A program made the translations under genes and the position numbers. Below, piece by piece: positions 35,901-47,693 of a stretch of DNA of 64,000 bases. The stretch spans positions 593,647-657,646 of the forward strand of contig NIVC01000268.1 in the NCBI GenBank assembly GCA_002269645.1. Reading direction: 5' to 3'. The notes beneath the pieces were generated by a model. That model saw only the letters and a program-made list of their open reading frames with translations. It did not search any database and was not told the DNA's origin. The stretch is from Macrostomum lignano (Eukaryota). Position 1 is the first letter of the stretch; each line of letters opens with the position of its first letter.

Positions 35901-37591
35901 AACTATCCCAGATCCTCATTTGAGGATTTCAACTATCCCAGATCCTCATTTGAGGTTTTCAACTATCCCAGATCCTCATTTGACGATTTCAAATATCCCA
36001 GATCCTCGTTTGAGGATTTCAACTATCACAAATCCTCATTTAAGGATTTCAACTATCACAGATCCTCATTTATAGATTTAAACTATCACAGATCCTCATT
36101 TGAGAATTTCAAATGCCTCAGATCCTCATTTGACGATTTCAAATATCCCAGATCCTCGTTTGAGGATTTCAACTATCCCAGATCCTCATTTGAGGATTTC
36201 AACTATCCCAGATCCTCATTTGAGGTTTTCAACTATCCCAGATCCTCATTTGAGGATTTCAACTATCACAGATCCTCATTTGAGGATTTCAACTATCCCA
36301 GATCCTCATTTGAGGATTTCAACTATCCCAGATCCTCATTTGAGGATTTCAACTATCCCAGATCCTCATTTAAGGATTTCAACTATCCCAGATCCTCATT
36401 TGAGGATTTCAACTATCCCAGATCCTCATTTGAGAATTTCAACTATCCCAGATCCTCATTTGAGGATTTCAACTATCCCAGATCCTCATTTGAGGATTTC
36501 AACTATCCCAGATCCTCATTTGAGGTTTTCAACTATCCCAGATCCTTATTTGAGGATTTAAACTATCACAGATCCTCATTTGAAGACTTCAAATATCCCA
36601 GATCCTCATTTGAGGATTTCAACTATCCCAGATCCTCATTTGAGGATTTAAACTATCCCAGATCCTCATTTGAGGATTTCAACTATCCCAGATCCTCATT
36701 TGAGGATTTCAACTATCCCAAATCCTCATTTGAGGATTTCAACTATCACAGATCCTCATTTGAGGATTTCAACTATCCTAGATCCTCATTTGAGAATTTC
36801 AACTATCACAGATCCTCATTTGAGGATTTAAACTATCCCAGATCCTCATTTGAGGATTTAAACTATCCCAGATCCTCATTTGAGGATTTCAACTATCCCA
36901 TATCCTCATTTGAGGATTTCAACTATCCCAGATCCTCATTTGAGGATTTCAACTATCCCAGATCCTCATTTGAGGATTTCAACTATCCCAGATCCTCATT
37001 TGAGGTTTTCAACTATCCCAGATCCTTATTTGAGGATTTCAACTATCACAGATCCTCATTTGAGGATTTCAACTATCACAGATCCTCATTTAATGATTTC
37101 AACTATCCCAGATCCTCATTTGAGGATTTCAACTATCCTAGATCCTCATTTGAGAATTTCAACTATAACAGATCGTCATTTTCAACCCCCCTTTGAAACC
37201 CTTCAAATCCCAATTGGATTTCGATCTGCCCAGACACAACACTGCCCTAGAAGTTGGCCGCTGGTATCCGCCTGAGCTACTCGAACTGGCCGTCTCGCTC
37301 TCCGATCCTCAACCTGCGACAGCCTCAACCGAGTCCACCGACGTTTGGAGTTTCGGCGTCTGCGTCTGGGAGCTGCACTGCTGTCGCCGCTGTCCAGCTG
37401 GGCGGCCCACGCCGTGGCATGGCGCCGGCACTCCTGGCGACATTCTCAACCGTCTGCGCCGAGGAGATCGACTTGAACTGCCTGAACCCGCGGCAGCCGT
37501 GGTAGTTATCAAGGACGTCGTAGCGCGTTGCATGGCCGAGGCGGCGTCTCTGAGGCCGGGCTTTGAATGGATTGTGAAACGATTGGCTTAG
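31041..37591 (+). CDS. shark: SHARK/HTK16-type SH2-ankyrin-SH2-tyrosine kinase-domain protein (~790 aa), probable pseudokinase. Exons 31041-31733, 32329-32559, 33011-33430 (internal frame break), 34064-34748, 37234-37591
   Basis: SH2 (YWFHG...GDYLVRYS...YVLSL...YHYPI), ANK repeats (TPLHEAV, TALIDAA, SALHRAA, SPLHEAA), second SH2 (WYHP...GDFLVR...SLGHLIDY), kinase (VAIK, DFG, WYPPE, DVWSFGV). All GT-AG joins are phase-compatible. Confidence 0.85.
31790..32210. repeat. GA-rich tandem repeat plus (GA)n in shark intron 1
   Basis: GAGAGAGTCAGATGAGAGAATCAGGGATGAGACTCA units. Confidence 0.85.
32565..32962. repeat. (TGTC/TGCC)n microsatellite filling shark intron 2
   Basis: Starts 5 nt after the GTGAGC donor. 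Confidence 0.95.
33520..34015. repeat. 14-bp tandem repeat (AGAATCGCCCCTGC) in shark intron 3
   Basis: Read directly. Confidence 0.95.
34800..37180. repeat. 30-bp minisatellite (CAGATCCTCATTTGAGGATTTCAACTATCC) filling shark intron 4
   Basis: ~79 copies; each contains the palindrome ATCCTCA-TT-TGAGGAT. Confidence 0.95.
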
Positions 37592-37950
37592 AGGTAGGCA
37601 AGGGAGACTGAGAGGTAGGCAAGGGAGAATGAGAGGTAGACAAGGGAGACTGAGAGGTAGACAAGGGAGACTGAGAGGTAGACAAGGGAGACTGAGAGGT
37701 AGACAAGGGAGACTGAGAGGTAGACAAGGGAGACTGAGAGGTAGACAAGGTAGACTGACAGGTAGACAAAGGGAGACTGAGAGGTAGACAAGGTAGACTG
37801 ACAGGTAGACAAGGGAGAATGAGAGGTAGGCAAGGTAGACAAGGTAGACTGACGGGTAGACAAGGGAGAATGAGAGGTAGGCAAGGTAGACAAGGAAGAC
37901 TGAGAGGTAGGCAAGGTAGGCAAGGCAGACTGAGAGGTAGGCAAGAGACT
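37592..37950. repeat. 21-bp-based tandem repeat (GAGAGGTAGACAAGGGAGACT) starting at the shark stop codon
   Basis: Read directly. Confidence 0.9.
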
Positions 37951-38544
37951 GAAGTAAGAGATAGGCAGAGAGAATAAGATGTATATAAAACATCTGCATC
38001 AATAAACCAAGAATGACAAGAAATATCATAGCAGTTTAACTTTATTGAAAACTGATGTATCGTGTTGCATAAAATTTCTGCTACAGATATCAGCGTCTCC
38101 TTCAATACTAAAGGCTTCCTATATTATAAACAATCATTTTACACTTTTTAATAGCTAAATATAAAAGTGATATTTTTTCTTGTCGTTCATTATTAATGCC
38201 GTGATATAATCTGTTTTTCTACAACTCAATATTGTAGATATGATGTTTTATAAACAAACTAATCTGTTTCAGAATTGTTTATCTTTTTTCAACAGACGCA
38301 CTGCTTCTATTTAAAGAGTATTGATCCGTTCTTTCGCGGCAACTTCCGTAGCTTGTTTGGAAATTCTTCTATCTACTATTTAATCTGCATATTGTGATCT
38401 TTCGCTGTGTCTATTTTAGATTCTAAGAAATACAATTATGTGATCATTGTTTGCTCATACCAGATATTTATGTTATTATAATCAAATTAACTCTTTGCGT
38501 TAAATTATTTGTTTTAATTTCACTCTAGTTACATTTTACTCCCA

Positions 38545-39288
38545 GATCCTCAGCCACTGGGCCAGCCTCCCAGAATGTCAGTTGCTGGGCCAGCCTCCCA
38601 GATCCTCAGTTGCTGGGCCAGCCTCCCAGAATATCAGTTGCTGGGCCAGCCTCCCAGATCCTCAGTTGCTGGGCCAGCCTCCCAGATCCTCAGTTGCTGG
38701 GCCAGCCTCCCAGATCCTCAGTTGCTGGGCCAGCCTCCCAGAATATCAGTTGCTGGGCCAGCCTCCCAGATCCTCAGTTGCTGGACCAGCCTCCCAGATC
38801 CTCAGTTGCTGGGCCAGCCTCCCAGAATATCAGTTGCTGGACCAGCCTCCCAGATCCTCAGTTGCTAGGCCAGCCTCCCAGATCCTCAGTTGCTGGGCCA
38901 GCCTCCCAGATCCTCAGTTGCTGGACCAGCCTCCCAGATCCTCAGTTGCTGGGCCAGCCTCCCAGATCCTCAGTTGCTGGGCCAGCCTCCCAGATCCTCA
39001 GTTGCTGGGCCAGCCTCCCAGATCCTCAGTTGCTGGGTCAGCCTCCCAGATCCTCAGTTGCTGGGCCAGCCTCCCAGATCCTCAGTTGCTGGGCCAGCCC
39101 CCCAGATCCTCAGCTGCTGGGCCAGCCTCCCAGATCCTCAGTTGCTGGGCCAGCCTCCCAGATCCTCAGTTGCTGGGTCAGCCTCCCAGATCCTCAGTTG
39201 CTGGGCCAGCCTCCCAGATCCTCAGTTGCTAGGCCAGCCTCCCAGATCCTCAGCTGCTGGGCCACCCTCCCAGATCCTCAGTTGCTAG
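38545..39288. repeat. 28-bp minisatellite (CCCAGATCCTCAGTTGCTGGGCCAGCCT)
   Basis: ~26 copies, ending ~40 nt before the dNK acceptor. Confidence 0.95.
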
Positions 39289-39328
39289 GCATTTATCTGT
39301 AGACTTTCTTCATCAAATCTTCCTACAG

Positions 39329-40734
39329 CAACAATGCTCAACTTTGCTGCTGCGCTGCGGAATCCGTCACCTAGCTGCCAGCATTCGATCTGGCCAATAC
39401 AGATTGGCATCGTCAATTGCTAGTGATACTACTAATAGAAGCAACAGTAGTAGTAGAAATGAAAGAATGTCATCTAGCCATAAGAAATTCACCGTATCAG
39501 TTGAAGGCAACATTGGTTCGGGCAAGAGCACTATGCTGGAGTATTTCTCGTCATTAAAATCAGCTCAGGGTATAGTTGAGTCCATACCCGAACCCATTGA
39601 CAAGTGGTGCAACCTAGCCGGCGTAAATCTGTTAGAACGATTGTACACCGATCCTAAACGATGGTTCTTTTCGTTTAATTTGTACTGCATGCTGACTAGA
39701 CTAGATATGCACCGGTTTGTCACACATCGGCCGGTGAAGATGCTGGAACGATCGGTGTACACCGCTCGGTTCTGTTTTATGACCAATGCCGTCAATCAGG
39801 GACTGTTGAATTCCGCTGAGATGCAGGTGCTGGATTGTTATTATCGCAGTCTGCTCACTGGACAGTGGGCTGAGCACCTTCGTGTGAGTGTTGAGCTCAT
39901 TAATTTCTATCGTTACTTTGTTGTGAGCCATTCTATTTCTCTGTTATGAGCCATTCTATTTCTCTGTCATAAGCCATTCTATTTCTCTGTTATGAGCCAT
40001 TTTATTTCTCTGTTGTGAGCCATTCTATTTCTCTATCGTAAGCCATTCTATTTCTGTCATGAGCCATTCTATTTCTCTGTCATAAGCCATTCTATTTCTC
40101 TGTTATGAGCCATTTTATTTCTCTGTTGTGAGCCATTCTATTTCTCTATCGTAAGCCATTCTATTTCTGTCATGAGCCATTCTATTTCTCTGTCATAAGC
40201 CATTCTATTTCTCTGTTATGAGCCATTTTATTTCTCTGTTGTGAGCCATTCTATTTCTCTATCGTAAGCCATTCTATTTCTGTCATGAGCCATTCTATTT
40301 CTCTGTCATGAGCCAATCTATTTCTCACCCTCTTTCTTCTATAAAATATCTTTCCAAATTTACATTACATTACACTCGCCTAACCACAAACCATCGCCAA
40401 TCAGGTTGACCTCTATGTGTACCTTCGCTGCCCGCCCGAAATCTGTTTTAATCGCGTTAAACTTCGCAATCGAAGCGAAGAATCCGCAGGCGTAACTCTG
40501 TCTCTGTTGGAGAACCTGCACCAGCTGCATGAGCAGTGGCTGCTCGATGACCAATCAGCTGATCGACCGAACGCTCCGGTTCTTGTGTTGGACGCCAGCC
40601 AAGATTTAAACGATATGAAGAGTCAGTGGGACCGGCATATGCCTGCAATACTGTTTGATCAGCACCTGTCCAAGGATAGTTGTCTTGGCAACCAGAAGCC
40701 AGGTTATGTGCTGGCTAAAAGTTGCGACTCTTAA
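39329..40734 (+). CDS. Deoxynucleoside kinase (TK2/dNK/dCK family). Exons 39329-39883 and 40405-40734; first in-frame ATG at 39467
   Basis: P-loop EGNIGSGKST, EPIDKW, ERSVYTARFCF, VDLYVYLRCPPE...RNRSEE; phase-0 intron CGT|GTGAGT...TCAG|GTT. Confidence 0.9.
39922..40322. repeat. 21-23-bp tandem repeat (GAGCCATTCTATTTCTCTGTTAT) filling the dNK intron
   Basis: Read directly, with a higher-order period of ~113 bp. Confidence 0.9.
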
Positions 40735-40789
40735 TGCTGTTTTATTTGAAGAACTAAAAGTTCGGTTTGGTTGATTCGGTTCGTTTGAA

Positions 40790-42812
40790 ACGGGTGGTTC
40801 TAATAGTGAACAGGTGGTTCTGGGAGTGAACAGGTGGTTCTAGTAGTGAACAGGTGGTTCTAGTAGTGAACAGGTGGTTCTAGTAGTGAACAGGTGGTTC
40901 TAGTAGTGAACAGGTGGTTCTAGTAGTGAACAGGTGGTTCTAGTAGTGAACAGGTGGTTCTAGTAGTGAACAGGTGGTTCTAGTAGTGAACAGGTGGTTC
41001 TAGTAGTGAGCAGGTGGTTCTAGTAGTGAACAGGTGGTTCTAGTAGTGAACAGGTGGTTCTAGTAGTGAACAGGTGGTTCTAGTAGTGAACAGGTGGTTC
41101 TAGTAGTGAACAGGTGGTTCTAGTAGTGAACAGGTGGTTCTAGTAGTGAACAGGCAGTTCTGGGAGTGAACAGATGGTTCTGGGAGTGAACAGGTGGTTC
41201 TAGTAGTGAACAGGTGGTTCTAGTAGTGAACAGGTGGTTCTAGTAGTGAACAGGTGGTTCTAGTAGTGAACAGGTGGTTCTAGTAGTGAACAGGTGGTTC
41301 TAGTAGTGAACAGGTGGTTCTAGTAGTGAACAGGTGGTTCTAGTAGTGAACAGGCAGTTCTAGTAGTGAACAGGTGGTTCTAGTAGTGAACAGGCAGTTC
41401 TGGGAGTGAACAGGTGGTTCTGAGAGTGAACAGATGGTTCTGAGAGTGAACAGATGGTTCTGGAGTGAACAGGTGGTTCTAGTAGTGAACAGGTGGTTCT
41501 AGTAGTGAACAGGTGGTTCTAGTAGTGAACAGGTGGTTCTAGTAGTGAACAGGTGGTTCTAGTAGTGAACAGGTGGTTCTAGTAGTGAACAGGTGGTTCT
41601 AGTAGTGAACAGGCAGTTCTGGGAGTGAACAGGTGGTTCTGAGAGTGAACAGATGGTTCTGAGAGTGAACAGATGGTTCTGGGAGTGAACAGGTGGTTCT
41701 AGTAGTGAACAGGTGGTTCTAGTAGTGAACAGGTGGTTCTAGTAGTGAACAGGTGGTTCTAGTAGTGAACAGGCAGTTCTGGGAGTGAACAGGTGGTTCT
41801 GAGAGTGAACAGATGGTTCTGAGAGTGAACAGATGGTTCTGGGAGTGAACATGTGGTTCTGAGAGTGAACAGGTAGTTCTGAGAGTGAACAGGTAGTTCT
41901 GAGAGTGAACAGATGGTTCTGGGAGTGAACAGGTGGTTCTGAGAGTGAACAGGTAGTTCTGAGAGTGAACAGATGGTTCTGAGAGTGAACATGTGGTTCT
42001 GGGAGTGAACAGGTGGTTCTGAGAGTGAACAGGTAGTTCTGGGAGTGAACAGGTGGTTCTGGGAGTGAACAGGTGGTTCTAGTAGTGAACAGGTGGTTCT
42101 AGTAGTGAACAGGCAGTTCTGGGAGTGAACAGGTGGTTCTGAGAGTGAACAGATGGTTCTGAGAGTGAACAGATGGTTTTAGTAGTGAACAGGTGGTTCT
42201 AGTAGTGAACAGGTGGTTCTAGTAGTGAACAGGTGGTTCTAGTAGTGAACAGGTGGTTCTAGTAGTGAACGGGTGGTTCTAGTAGTGAACAGGTGGTTCT
42301 AGTAGTGAACAGGTGGTTCTAGTAGTGAACAGGTGGTTCTAGGAGTGAACAGGTGGTTCTGAGAGTGAACAGGTGGTTCTGAGAGTGAACAGATGGTTCT
42401 GGGAGTGAACAGGTGGTTCTGGGAGTGAACAGGTGGTTCTGAGAGTGAACAGGTGGTTCTGAGAGTGAACAGGTAGTTCTGAGAGTGAACAGGTAGTTCT
42501 GGGAGTGAGCAGGTAGTTCTGAGAGTGAACAGGTGGTTCTGAGAGTGAACAGGTGGTTCTGAGAGTGAACAGGTAGTTCTGAGAGTGAACAGGTAGTTCT
42601 GGGAGTGAGCAGGTAGTTCTGAGAGTGAACAGGTGGTTCTGAGGTTAACAGGTGGTTCTGAGGTTAACAGGTAGTTCTGAGAGTGAACAGGTAGTTCTGA
42701 GAGTGAACAGGTTGTTCTGGGAGTGAGCAGGTAGTTCTGAGAGTGAGCAGGTGGTTCTGGGAGTGAGCAGGTGGTTGTGGGAGTGAACAGATGATTCCGA
42801 GAGTGAGCAGCT
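40790..42812. repeat. 20-bp satellite (AGTGAACAGGTGGTTCTAGT and variants)
   Basis: ~100 copies beginning ~55 bp after the dNK stop. Confidence 0.95.
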
Positions 42813-43721
42813 TTTTAAATTTATAACCTATTTGTTATATTTTGTTAAACCTGGTGATGGAATGGACAGTGAGCTTTACTTAGCAGTCAATCATTAATAT
42901 TGCAATTGTTATAATTTTTTAGAGTTGATAATTTTATTGGCGTACTAATTAATATTACTAATATTAATAATACTAAAATCATGACTTTATTTTTTGGCAC
43001 ATGAACTTGCACACTTTTCACTATTTTTGGTGTTGTTTTTGATAATATTTTCTAGCCATTCTCTAGCATACGCAATCACTGTCACTAAATTAGTCAACCA
43101 ATTTGACCACTCAGTTTTATTCTAGCATCCAATGCATTGTTGTGCAGCAATTGTAGGGTTTGAGCTATTTTATGATGATACTGAAATAAATTTGAATTTA
43201 TTTTTCTTCTACTATGTCCATATTTTTGCAAAGCAATTTGAAATTATTTTCTTGCAATTTTCTTTTATTTCTACTTACAGTAGCTTGAAAGCGAATCTCT
43301 GTCTTGTATATTGGATATACTTGAAAACTCGATTAAAACGCCAATCGTTAATCACGCCATCTTTTCTGGGGCAATATCCAGTTGGCAAGCAATTATTCAT
43401 TTCCGCTATAAGTCTGAGGATCGTCTTTTAAAACTGAAACTGTTGATAATGGGAACGTAAAAGATTCTTAAAAGGCGGAAACAGTCCGCCAAGCATCCCG
43501 CTTTGGCCTGTGTCAGAAACACATGGCCAAGTCATTCAGTCGGTGGTTGCAGTGCCGCAGATTTTCTTTCTTTCTTTTCCTTTCGCCCGCCGTTGATTTA
43601 TTATCCCTGAGGCGATGGTGCCCCTGGTTGCGCAATGAGCTCCGCGGGCTAATCTATGATTTGTGTATCGATATCATAAAGGAATCGATTGATACGCTCG
43701 TAAAATTGATCTACCACAAGA

Positions 43722-44070
43722 CACGAGACAAATAGAGATTAGACACGAGACAAATAGAGATTAGACACGAGACAAATAGAGATTAGACACGAGACAAATA
43801 GAGATTAGACACGAGACAAGTAGAGATTAGACACGAGACAAATAGAGATTAGACACGAGACAAATAGAGATTAGACACGAGACAAATAGAGATTAGACAC
43901 GAGACAAGTAGAGATTAGACACGAGACAAGTAGAGATTAGACACGAGACAAATAGAGATTAGACACGAGACAAGTAGAGATTAGACACGAGACAAATAGA
44001 GATTAGACACGAGACAAGTAGAGATTAGACACGAGACAAATAGAGATTAGACACCAGAGAGATAAAGATT

Positions 44071-44114
<44 letters not shown>

Positions 44115-44295
44115 AGATACGAGACGAGTAAAGATTAGACACGAGACAAGTAGAGATTAGACACCAAAGAGATAGAGTTTAGACACGAGACAAGTAGAGA
44201 TTGGACACGAGATAAGTAGAGATTAGACACGAGACATAGTAGATACGAGGAAAATAGAGATTAGACACGAGACGAGTAGAGATTGGACACCAGAG
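43722..44295. repeat. 22-bp tandem repeat (GACACGAGACAAATAGAGATTA) with embedded (GA)n
   Basis: Read directly. Confidence 0.95.
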
Positions 44296-44769
44296 AATAG
44301 ATTTAACAGTCTAACCATTGCAAAACACGCGCTGAGGAAGCAATCGACTGGAAAAAAGGTTTCGCATTTGCTGTGTTCCAAATATTATCAGTTTTGCCTG
44401 TCGCACAAGCTTTTCTATTAACAGTTTTTGCATAGGACTGGGTGTTGTCTTCTGCATGTTGCAAGAAAACTTTTCAAAGTGTCTTCAAATCCAATTAGTG
44501 TCAGCAACCGCCTGGGCGCTCTTCTCGCATGCGCTGATTTATGATACAGCAGCCTGCCTGCGCCTGCTGCGTCTGTGGAGTCTTGAAGTTATTAAAATGT
44601 TGCTGTAATATTTAGATTTATGACTGTTGCTGAAATGCTGGTCCGCTATTGTGCCACAATGGCCTTTGTTGTGCCATCCTCTATGGTGACACTGGAATGC
44701 AGCTCTAGTCTCAATCATTTTTTTCTCATTTAGACCAGTTTCAGAGTACAACACTTTAAACTCTTAGGT

Positions 44770-45370
44770 GTGTGTCTAATCTACTCTCAGGCGTGTGCGT
44801 CTAATCTACTCTCATGTGTGTGTGTCTAATCTACTCTCATGTGTGTGTGTCTAATCTACTCTCAGGCGTGTGCGTCTAATCTACTCTAATGTGTGTGTGT
44901 CTAATCTACTCTCATGTGTGTGTGTGTCTAATGTACTCTCATGTGTGTGTGTGTCTAATCTACTCTCATGTGTGCGTCTAATCTACTCTCATGTGTGTGT
45001 GTCTAATGTACTCTCATGTGTGTGTGTGTCTAATCTACTCTCATGTGTGCGTCTAATCTACTCTCATGTGTGTGTGTCTAATGTACTCTCATGTGTGTGT
45101 GTCTAATCTACTCTCATGTCTGTCTAACCTACTCTCATGTCTGTGTCTCATATACTCTCAGGTTATGTATAATCTACTCTCAGATGTATAATCTACACCC
45201 AGTTGTCTAATCTACTCCTATTTGTGTCTAATGTACTCGTGCGTGTCTAATCTATTCTTATGTGTGTATCTAATCTACTCTCAGTTGTCTATTCTACTAC
45301 TCTCAGATGTCTAATCTACTCTCATGTGTGTCTAATCTACTCTCATTCGTGTATGTCTAATATTACTAAC
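44770..45370. repeat. (GT)n-containing tandem repeat GTGTCTAATCTACTCTCAT
   Basis: Read directly; degenerates to the right. Confidence 0.9.
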
Positions 45371-45548
45371 TGTATATGTGTCCGCACATCCCATGTAGGA
45401 ATTCAGTGAAAACAATCATATAAGACAGCATAAATGATGCAAATTGCTAATTCACTTATTTGCTTGCGCTTGTACGTGCTATGTATTTAATACAGCGCAA
45501 AAAATGGCATGATGTTCACAACGACTTGCATGAACTGAAAGGATTTGT

Positions 45549-47693
45549 TTAATAAAAAGCTGTTCCAATTGTTTTCAACGGAATAACTGGCGGATTGCTA
45601 GACCATGGGATTGCGGCGGCGGCGGCGGCGGCGTTGCTGCCGCTCACCGATGATGCAGATCCAGAGATCATCGCCGCTCCAGCTTCCAGTTGCTGCTGAT
45701 GAAGCTTCGCCTGTCGGCGGTCCTTGGCGCGACGATTTTGAAACCAGATTTTTATCTGAAATTGAAACGGTTTTATGAGAACTATTGAAAGCTGTTGCCG
45801 ATACTTTCCTATAAATGTATGCCATTTTGAGATGGAGTGCCATTTTGAGATGGGGTGCCATTTTGAGATGGAGGGCCATTTTGAGATGGGGTGCCATTTT
45901 GAGATGGAGTGCCATTTTGAGATGGAGTGCCATTTTGAGGTTTTTGGTGCCATTTTGAGATGGGGTGCCATTTTGAGATGGGGTGCCATTTTGAGATGGA
46001 GTTCCATTTTGAGATTGGGTTGCCATTTTGAAATGGGGTGCCATTTTGAGTTGGGATGCCATTTTGAGATGGGGTGCCAATCTTTCTTCAAAATCGGTTT
46101 CCACTTTTTCATTTTTCATTCATTTTTCTTTTTTCAACGGTTGCCATTTCTCAAAATCAGTCGCCATTTTTCAACATTGGCTGAAATTTTTCAAAATCGG
46201 TTGACGTTTTTTAAAATCGGTTGTCATTTTTCAAAATCGGTTGCTGTTTTTCAAAATCGGTTGCTGTTTTTCAAAATCGGTTGCTGTTTTTCAAAATCGG
46301 TTGCCGTTTTTCAAAATCGGTTGCTGTTTTTCAAAATCGGTTCTCATTTTTCAAAATCGGTTGTCATTTTTCAAAATCGGTTGCCATTTCAAGAGAGCTG
46401 AAGCTACCAGAATTTTAGAGACAGTTGTAATTATTTATTCAATTAATTTACGAGGAAACCTGGCACAAACTGATTACCATGACACCAACCTGTCTCTCAG
46501 TAAGCTGCAGCAGCAGGGACAGCTCCTTCTTCCGTTTCGACCCGATGAACCTCTGATAGTGATATTCCTTCTCCAGCTCCAATCGCTGCTGAGGCGTGTA
46601 CACCTGCCTGTAGGTGTCCTCTGTGCGAGTCTTTTGGTTGCTCTCTGTACGTTGGGAGTTGTTAGAGGTAGCATTGATGTATTTTACCTACCAGTGTGTC
46701 TACTGTCTATCCACCAGTGTTTACTGTCTATCTACCAGTGTGTCTACTGTCTATCCACCAGTGTGTCTACTGTCTATCCACCAGTGTTTACTGTCTATCT
46801 ACCAGTGTGTCTACTGTCTATCCACCAGTGTGTCTACTGTCTGTCTACCAGTGTGTCTATACTGTCTATCCACCAGTGTTTACTGTTTATCTACCAATGT
46901 GTCTACTGTCTATCCACCAGTGTGTCTACTGTCTATCTATCATTGTGTCTACTGTCTGTCTACCAGTGTGTCTACTGTCTGTCTACCAGTGTCTACTGTC
47001 TATCTACCAGTGTGTCTACTGTCTATCTACCAGTGTGTCTACTGTCTATCTACCAGTGTGTCTACTGTCTGCCTACCAGTGTGTCGTCTACTGTCTATCT
47101 ACTAGTGTGTCTACTGTCTGCCTACTAGTGTGTCTACTGTCTATCTACCAGTATTTCTACTGTCTATCTATCAGTGTATGTCCACCGTGTGTCTACCAGT
47201 GTGTCTACTGTCTATCTACCAGTATTTCTACTGTCTATCTATCAGTGTATGTCTACCGTGTGTCTACCAGTGTGTCTACTGTCTATCTACCTGTGTCTAC
47301 CCTCTTTACCCTGAATCCACCCTATCTTTCTACCAGTATGTTTATTTGCCATAATATTTCTGACTATTCTATCATCTATCTCTAGAAGCCCGATACAAGC
47401 CGATCCATATCCATCCATAAGCTACCACAGTCTCTATTTTGCAGCCAACCAACCCAAGCCCCGTCAGACTCACTTCTGCACTGATGCAGTGCGCAGAGGC
47501 GTTGCTCCTGTCTGGTGTACGCGGTCGCGATATGATTATTACTAGTGTTTCTATTAACATTAACCGACACTTGTTGATGTTGCTGCTCCCAATTTATGTT
47601 ATTGTTATTGTTGTAACCATGACAACATAGACAACAGCTATCCAATCCGATCAATCTATTCTGCAGACAGTGTTGCTGAGGTTGAGACTGCAT
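45549..47693 (-). CDS. cdx: Cdx/caudal ParaHox homeodomain protein. Exons 47693-47474 (tentative), 46644-46490, 45755-45549
   Basis: Spliced homeodomain [48 protein letters not shown]|[14 protein letters not shown] resembles Cdx (KTRTKDKYRVVYT...RRAKERK); intron between residues 44 and 45; phases are compatible. Confidence 0.8.
45820..46392. repeat. 18-bp (GCCATTTTGAGATGGGGT) and 20-bp (TTTTCAAAATCGGTTGCTGT) tandem repeats in the cdx homeobox intron
   Basis: Read directly. Confidence 0.9.

Noticed and set aside
47380-47430. Hexapeptide-like AYGWI or LWMD upstream of the Cdx homeobox
   Set aside because: It lies beyond the strong GTGAGT donor, and I found no phase-compatible donor after it. 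It remains possible only if cDNA shows other splicing.
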